A DNA stretch of 63,988 bases, counting the filler, from Eremomyces bilateralis CBS 781.70 (taxonomy: Eukaryota), in NCBI GenBank assembly GCA_010015585.1. It is 5 parts of 4 records of this genome, joined end to end, with 100 filler letters (N's around TTAATTAATTAA, not from the genome) between each part and the next. Parts side by side here need not be neighbours in the genome. Positions count along the whole stretch, not along the records: positions 51,574 to 62,636 come from ML975175.1; positions 62,737 to 63,988 come from ML975238.1; 3 more parts are not named here. One strand, given 5' to 3'. The notes beneath the pieces are model-generated. The model was not told the DNA's origin. It ran no database searches and saw only the letters and a program-made list of their open reading frames with translations. Position numbers and translations under genes: made by a program. Shown piece by piece: positions 59,592 to 63,988 of this stretch (the stretch's first letter is position 1; every line of letters starts with the position of its first letter).

Positions 59592-61683
59592 ATGGCCAAC
59601 ATAAAGGAGAAAACGATTGATCCTGAGCGTGGTGATGTGAACGAGGCCACAAGCGACGAAGATGTGCAGCAGCTTGAATACGTCGACACCAATGGCGATG
59701 ATCTCGCCTCAGTCGACGTTCAGAACAAGAACGCCGTGAAAGGTGACGACTCGGATGGAAAGGTGGATTGGAATTGGAGGCAGCGTATTGCTGTTATGTG
59801 CCTGGTTGGCTTGTACACAGGTGAGCGGATGGACCTCTTCTAATTTGAAGTGTTACATTTCCCATGCTTACCAGAATTCAAACAGGGTCTCAGATTCCGG
59901 TCTACTTTACTGCCGGTCCTTTGACTTTCATAACTGCTGAACTCGGCGGTACGGCATCTGCAGCATGGCTGCCTGTCTCTTATGGTCTGGCTCTTGCAGC
60001 CGTTGTTCCTATCTGTGGCTATTTCCAAGACCTCCTCGGTCGCCGCTATGTCTGCCTTCTTGGGGGTTGTCTGTTGATTATCGGATGCATTGTTATGGGA
60101 ACAGCACATAAGTTCAGAGATGGTCTTGTCGGCATGGTGCTCTGTGGCAGTGGTGCTGCTATTGGGGAGATGACCGCGCTCGCTGGGTTAGTGAAACTAA
60201 ACGGGTTACTAGCGAGTACTGACTAAGGATGCTTCAGAACCTCTGAACTCGTGCCTGTGAAACGCCGTCCGATCTACGTCGCTATTTTGACTGTCGTCAC
60301 CCTCCCGTTCATCCCGAGTGTTTTGGAGTCACAGTTGCTGGCAAAATATTACACCTGGCGCTGGGGCTACTGGATCTGTCTGTAAGTGATTCTTATGCTT
60401 ACCTCAACCCCAGTATGATCTAATAGGCCCAAACAAAAGGATTTGGAACGCTATCTGCTTCGTGGGGCTCTTGTTTACCTACTTCCCCGTGACACAAACT
60501 CGAGCTCGCTCCAAGGATGTGAAAAGAATTTTCACCAAAATCGATTATCCTGGCATCATTCTCTCACTTACGGGGACAACCCTATTGTAAGTCGCCGATG
60601 TCTGTTCAGGATGCGGACTAACCAGTCATAGTCTTGTTGCTCTTCAAGCTGGGGGTTACACCCATTCCTGGACGAGTGCTTATGTCCTTTGCCAACTCCT
60701 TATCGGCATCGTCCTGATGGTTTGTTTCGTCATATGGGAGTGGAAGTATGCCCGATACCCCATGGTCCCACCTGAACTATTTAAGGGGCAAAGAATCGTG
60801 ACTGTGGCATATTTGGTTTCTGCGGTGGGAGGTATGTTTGCTACGTACTCACCATAAAGAAGAATGACTAATATTTGCTATCCAGGCATCAATTTTGCCT
60901 CCCTAGTCAACCTTCTACCCACAGAATTTAGCACAGTTTACGACTCCGATCCTGTTCAAGTCGGACTCAAAGGATTGTCTACAGGCGGGGCCATCCTGGT
61001 CGGGGCATTCATTGGAAATCTTCTACTTCACAGGCTGATACGCTGGACGAGAGAAGTGGTTTTGTTTTACCTGGTATTGATGAGTAAGTTAGTTCTGCTT
61101 GTCCATTCAATAAGGAAAACAAGCTCACGGAGCTCACGAATCAGCCGCATTCACGGGCGCCTTCTCGATCGCCAATCCAGACAATGCGAAAATGTCAGTC
61201 GCTTTTGCCACTCTAGGCGGCTTCGGTGTTGGCGGCATTATCGCACCCGTGGCCACTATTGCCATGATGGCATGCCCCGATACGCTTATCGCCACCTGTG
61301 CAGCCCTCTCACTCTGCGTACGCGCCCTTGGGGGCGCCATGGGCTATGCAATCTACTTCAATGTCTTCAACAGCAAACTCAAAACGGCCCTACCAGCACG
61401 GGTCGCTGAATACGCTCTAGCGGCAGGACTACCAGTTTCGAACACCGCAACCTTTGTGGAAACGTTTCTTACAGTGCCCCATCAAGTGTCGACTATCCCT
61501 GGCGTCACACCTGAGATCATTCAGGCAGCTATAATAGGCAGTAGGTGGGGATACTCGGACGCATTTCGCTGGGTTTGGATCAGCAGTATCCCCTTTGGAG
61601 TCTGTGCGATAATTGTCGCCTGCTTCCTGCCAAATTTGGCAAAGCACTCCACTAACAGAATCGCCGCGAAGATAGCACATTAG
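59592..61683 (+). CDS. MFS transporter, TRI12/trichothecene-efflux-like family, multi-exon
   Basis: AVKGDDSDGKVDW, GSQIPVYF, QDLLGRR, ELVPVKRR, VRALGGAMGYAIY and SIPFGV; several GT-AG introns. Confidence 0.88.
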
Positions 61684-62334
61684 CCTATACTGGTGAATTT
61701 AGCCAGGATGGCAGGGGTCTTGTCGAACGTCGTCAGAAAACATTCTCTGTCGGACATGTAGGTAACCTGGTATCTTTGAATAGGGAAATCTAAGTTCATC
61801 GCCAAAACATGCACAGAGCGACTTCCTGTCGCATTTCGCTGGGAGGATGATTAAGCACGATCGCTGCTTAAGCTCAGTTACTGTAGGGCAGTGAAAGGAA
61901 TGTTAGGTGGCAGTAGAAACCAACAGGGGCATCTTGTGACACGTCCGTTGATCAATCATTCCATTGAATAATACTAGCACTGCATTCACACATATGGTAT
62001 GTCACGGGTGCAGCTCTGCCCGTACGTAGAATCTCGCAGTGGATGAGTTGTGTGGATGTCCTTCGGAGCCCCCAAGTGTTCTGGGAAAAGACCTCACGAC
62101 TATGGACGATAGAGCAAGGCTTCGACGCTGTGTGCCCCTGGAAGGCCTGAATACTATGTAGGGAGCCCTTATAGAAATGGCGAAGGACGGTGGGATGGAA
62201 GAGGTTGTGGCTCTCATGAAACCACGGACAGCTCCTGTCGAGCGGAGGGGGGCGATACGCATGCGCCCAATTCCAACCACGGATAACGACGATAGTGTGT
62301 GGGTGTAACACAAGGCTGGTCCAGCACATTATAT

Positions 62335-62636
62335 AAGTTCGAACCCCTGCCTGTTGGCCAACCACCTACTTGGCCAGTATCACCATCTTAGCCACCATCA
62401 TGAAAACCGTGACATCTCTACCACCACGTAATTATATTGAAAATTCAAACCATAGGACTATTGTACAGCATCTTGGGGAGCGTCTGGTATAGTTTCAGCC
62501 ACGGGAATACTCTGTTCTAGTATAGTATTTGCCTCCAGAAGCCGTACAGCCTCTTGCGCTACTTTGATCTCTTTAATCTGTGCGAACTTAACATTGGGAT
62601 CTATCCGAACCTTCTTCTTGCGTTTTGGGGCTGAGG
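62335..62636 (-). mobile_element. 3' end of a second pogo/Fot1-like element
   Basis: KRKKKVRIDPNVKFAQIKEIKVAQE C-terminal motif; TTGGCCA direct repeats near the end; cut by gap. Confidence 0.6.
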
Positions 62637-62736
62637 NNNNNNNNNNNNNNNNNNNNNNNNNNNNNNNNNNNNNNNNNNNNTTAATTAATTAANNNNNNNN
62701 NNNNNNNNNNNNNNNNNNNNNNNNNNNNNNNNNNNN
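62637..62736. other. Assembly spacer
   Basis: N44-TTAATTAATTAA-N44. Confidence 0.97.
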
Positions 62737-62738
62737 CC

Positions 62739-63988
62739 CGAGCGCCTATCCTTGAGCCTAGTGAAGGCTATGCCACAACCGAGGAGGAGCTAGAGGCCTT
62801 AAGGGCGATGGTAGAGAAGCATAAGAAGGATCAAGAGCTTCTTCGGCTTCGTGAACTGAAGTCCCGTATCGATAGGGGGCTTCCGATCGAGGATCTACCG
62901 CCAGAATCTTCCGTTGGGACCCAAAAGGCCCTAAGGGAGACCGAGATCCGCCTCGCCATGCCAAAGGCGTCCAACCTCACCCGGTACAAGGGGACATCGA
63001 AGCAACAGTGGCGTGAATGGTACGCTGACAACGAATCGTATCACACGCCTATCTGGAACGACCCCGCAAAGATCCAGTTAGGTCACCAGAACTGCAGCTT
63101 CAACCAAAAGGACCGTTGGACCCGTTACGTGGAGACGAAACGACGGGAAGATGGGGAATATGAACCGACATGGGAGGAGATGAAACAATTTATGCTTGAA
63201 GCCCTTGGCGGGCTAGAACAACGACAAAAAGATGCTCGTCTGAAGCTTAAGCATATCTCACAGAACGGACGAGATCCAACAACTCTCCTTACGCTCATGG
63301 AAGCGGAATGGGAAGAACTGGATTATCCTGAACAGGAGAAGGTGCATCAGTTATACGCTGCACTCGATCTCAAAGTCCGCGACCGTGTCGATTTGAAAGC
63401 AAACTTCCCTAAGACGGTTTCCGAACTCGAAAATCTTGCGAAAGATGCCCATCGGTGGGTAACCGAAACCGAACCGACCGGGAGCAAGCGAAAACGGTCG
63501 AAAGGTGACGATAAGGAGTATAAAGGGTCGAAAAGGAACAAGTTCAAGAAGTTCAAGGGCGAGAAGCCAGAACGAGCCGACGACAAGCCGGACAGGGACA
63601 ACAAGTTCAAGAAGAAGGACCCTTGGTGCCATACGTGCAAGAATCACGACCACTGGACGCGTAAGTGCCCCAAAAACGCCGATAATGATAACGTGGTCGG
63701 CGCAGTCACCTTTGAGGACGGTAGGAACCGACTCCTCATAGATGTGAACCTGAAGGGCCCGAAGGGGTCCGAAGAGGTTCCAGGGCTATTCGATACGGGC
63801 TGTGAGAACACTCTCCTGTCCCAACGAATAGCCGATGCGATGGGGTTGGCCATTGAGCCTACTCCATCGATGACTGCGAAGTCAATCAACGGTCAAATTG
63901 TGCCCATTTTGGGGAAATGCACCCTAGCCATAGGAGTAAAGGACTCTTATGAGTCGCTCCGTACTGGCGAGGTACAATTTTGGGTCGC
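62739..63988 (+). mobile_element. Ty3/Gypsy gag-protease, open frame, partial at both ends
   Basis: PTWEEMKQF, zinc knuckle CHTCKNHDHWTRKC and protease LFDTGCEN in one frame with no stop (hence absent from the ORF track). Confidence 0.85.

Noticed and set aside
8292..61683. Secondary-metabolite cluster (FMO plus TRI12-like MFS)
   Set aside because: Different contigs, about 50 kb apart, and no PKS/NRPS/terpene synthase.

Overview
Filamentous ascomycete (Pezizomycotina) genomic DNA, judged from GT-AG introns with CTRAC branch points, fungal protein families and RIP-type C>T/G>A decay of repeats. The window is five contigs joined by four 100-nt artificial spacers (N44-TTAATTAATTAA-N44), so adjacency across the gaps is unproven. 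Contig 1 (1-20696) is accessory-like: a RIP-inactivated PIF1/Helitron-like element, an intact HET-6-like gene, a MITE, CRE-like/Copia/LINE debris, a flavin monooxygenase, a frameshifted Sac-domain phosphatase and an unusual NLR-like gene with HET + helical + NACHT + four C2H2 zinc fingers. Contig 2 (20797-36971) is a housekeeping block (arb2, MRP2, SWC4, SEC2, FMT1). Contig 3 (37072-51473) has a decayed IS630/Tc1-type element, a DUF3176 gene and a full-length Tad1-like LINE with TSD. Contig 4 (51574-62636) has an AA9 LPMO, a stack of nested solo LTRs, a second MITE, an intact Fot1/pogo transposon and a TRI12-family MFS transporter with a large promoter hairpin. Contig 5 is an open Gypsy gag-protease frame. 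The best candidate for something new is the HET-NACHT-C2H2 gene. All family calls come from motif recognition by eye; no database searches were run.
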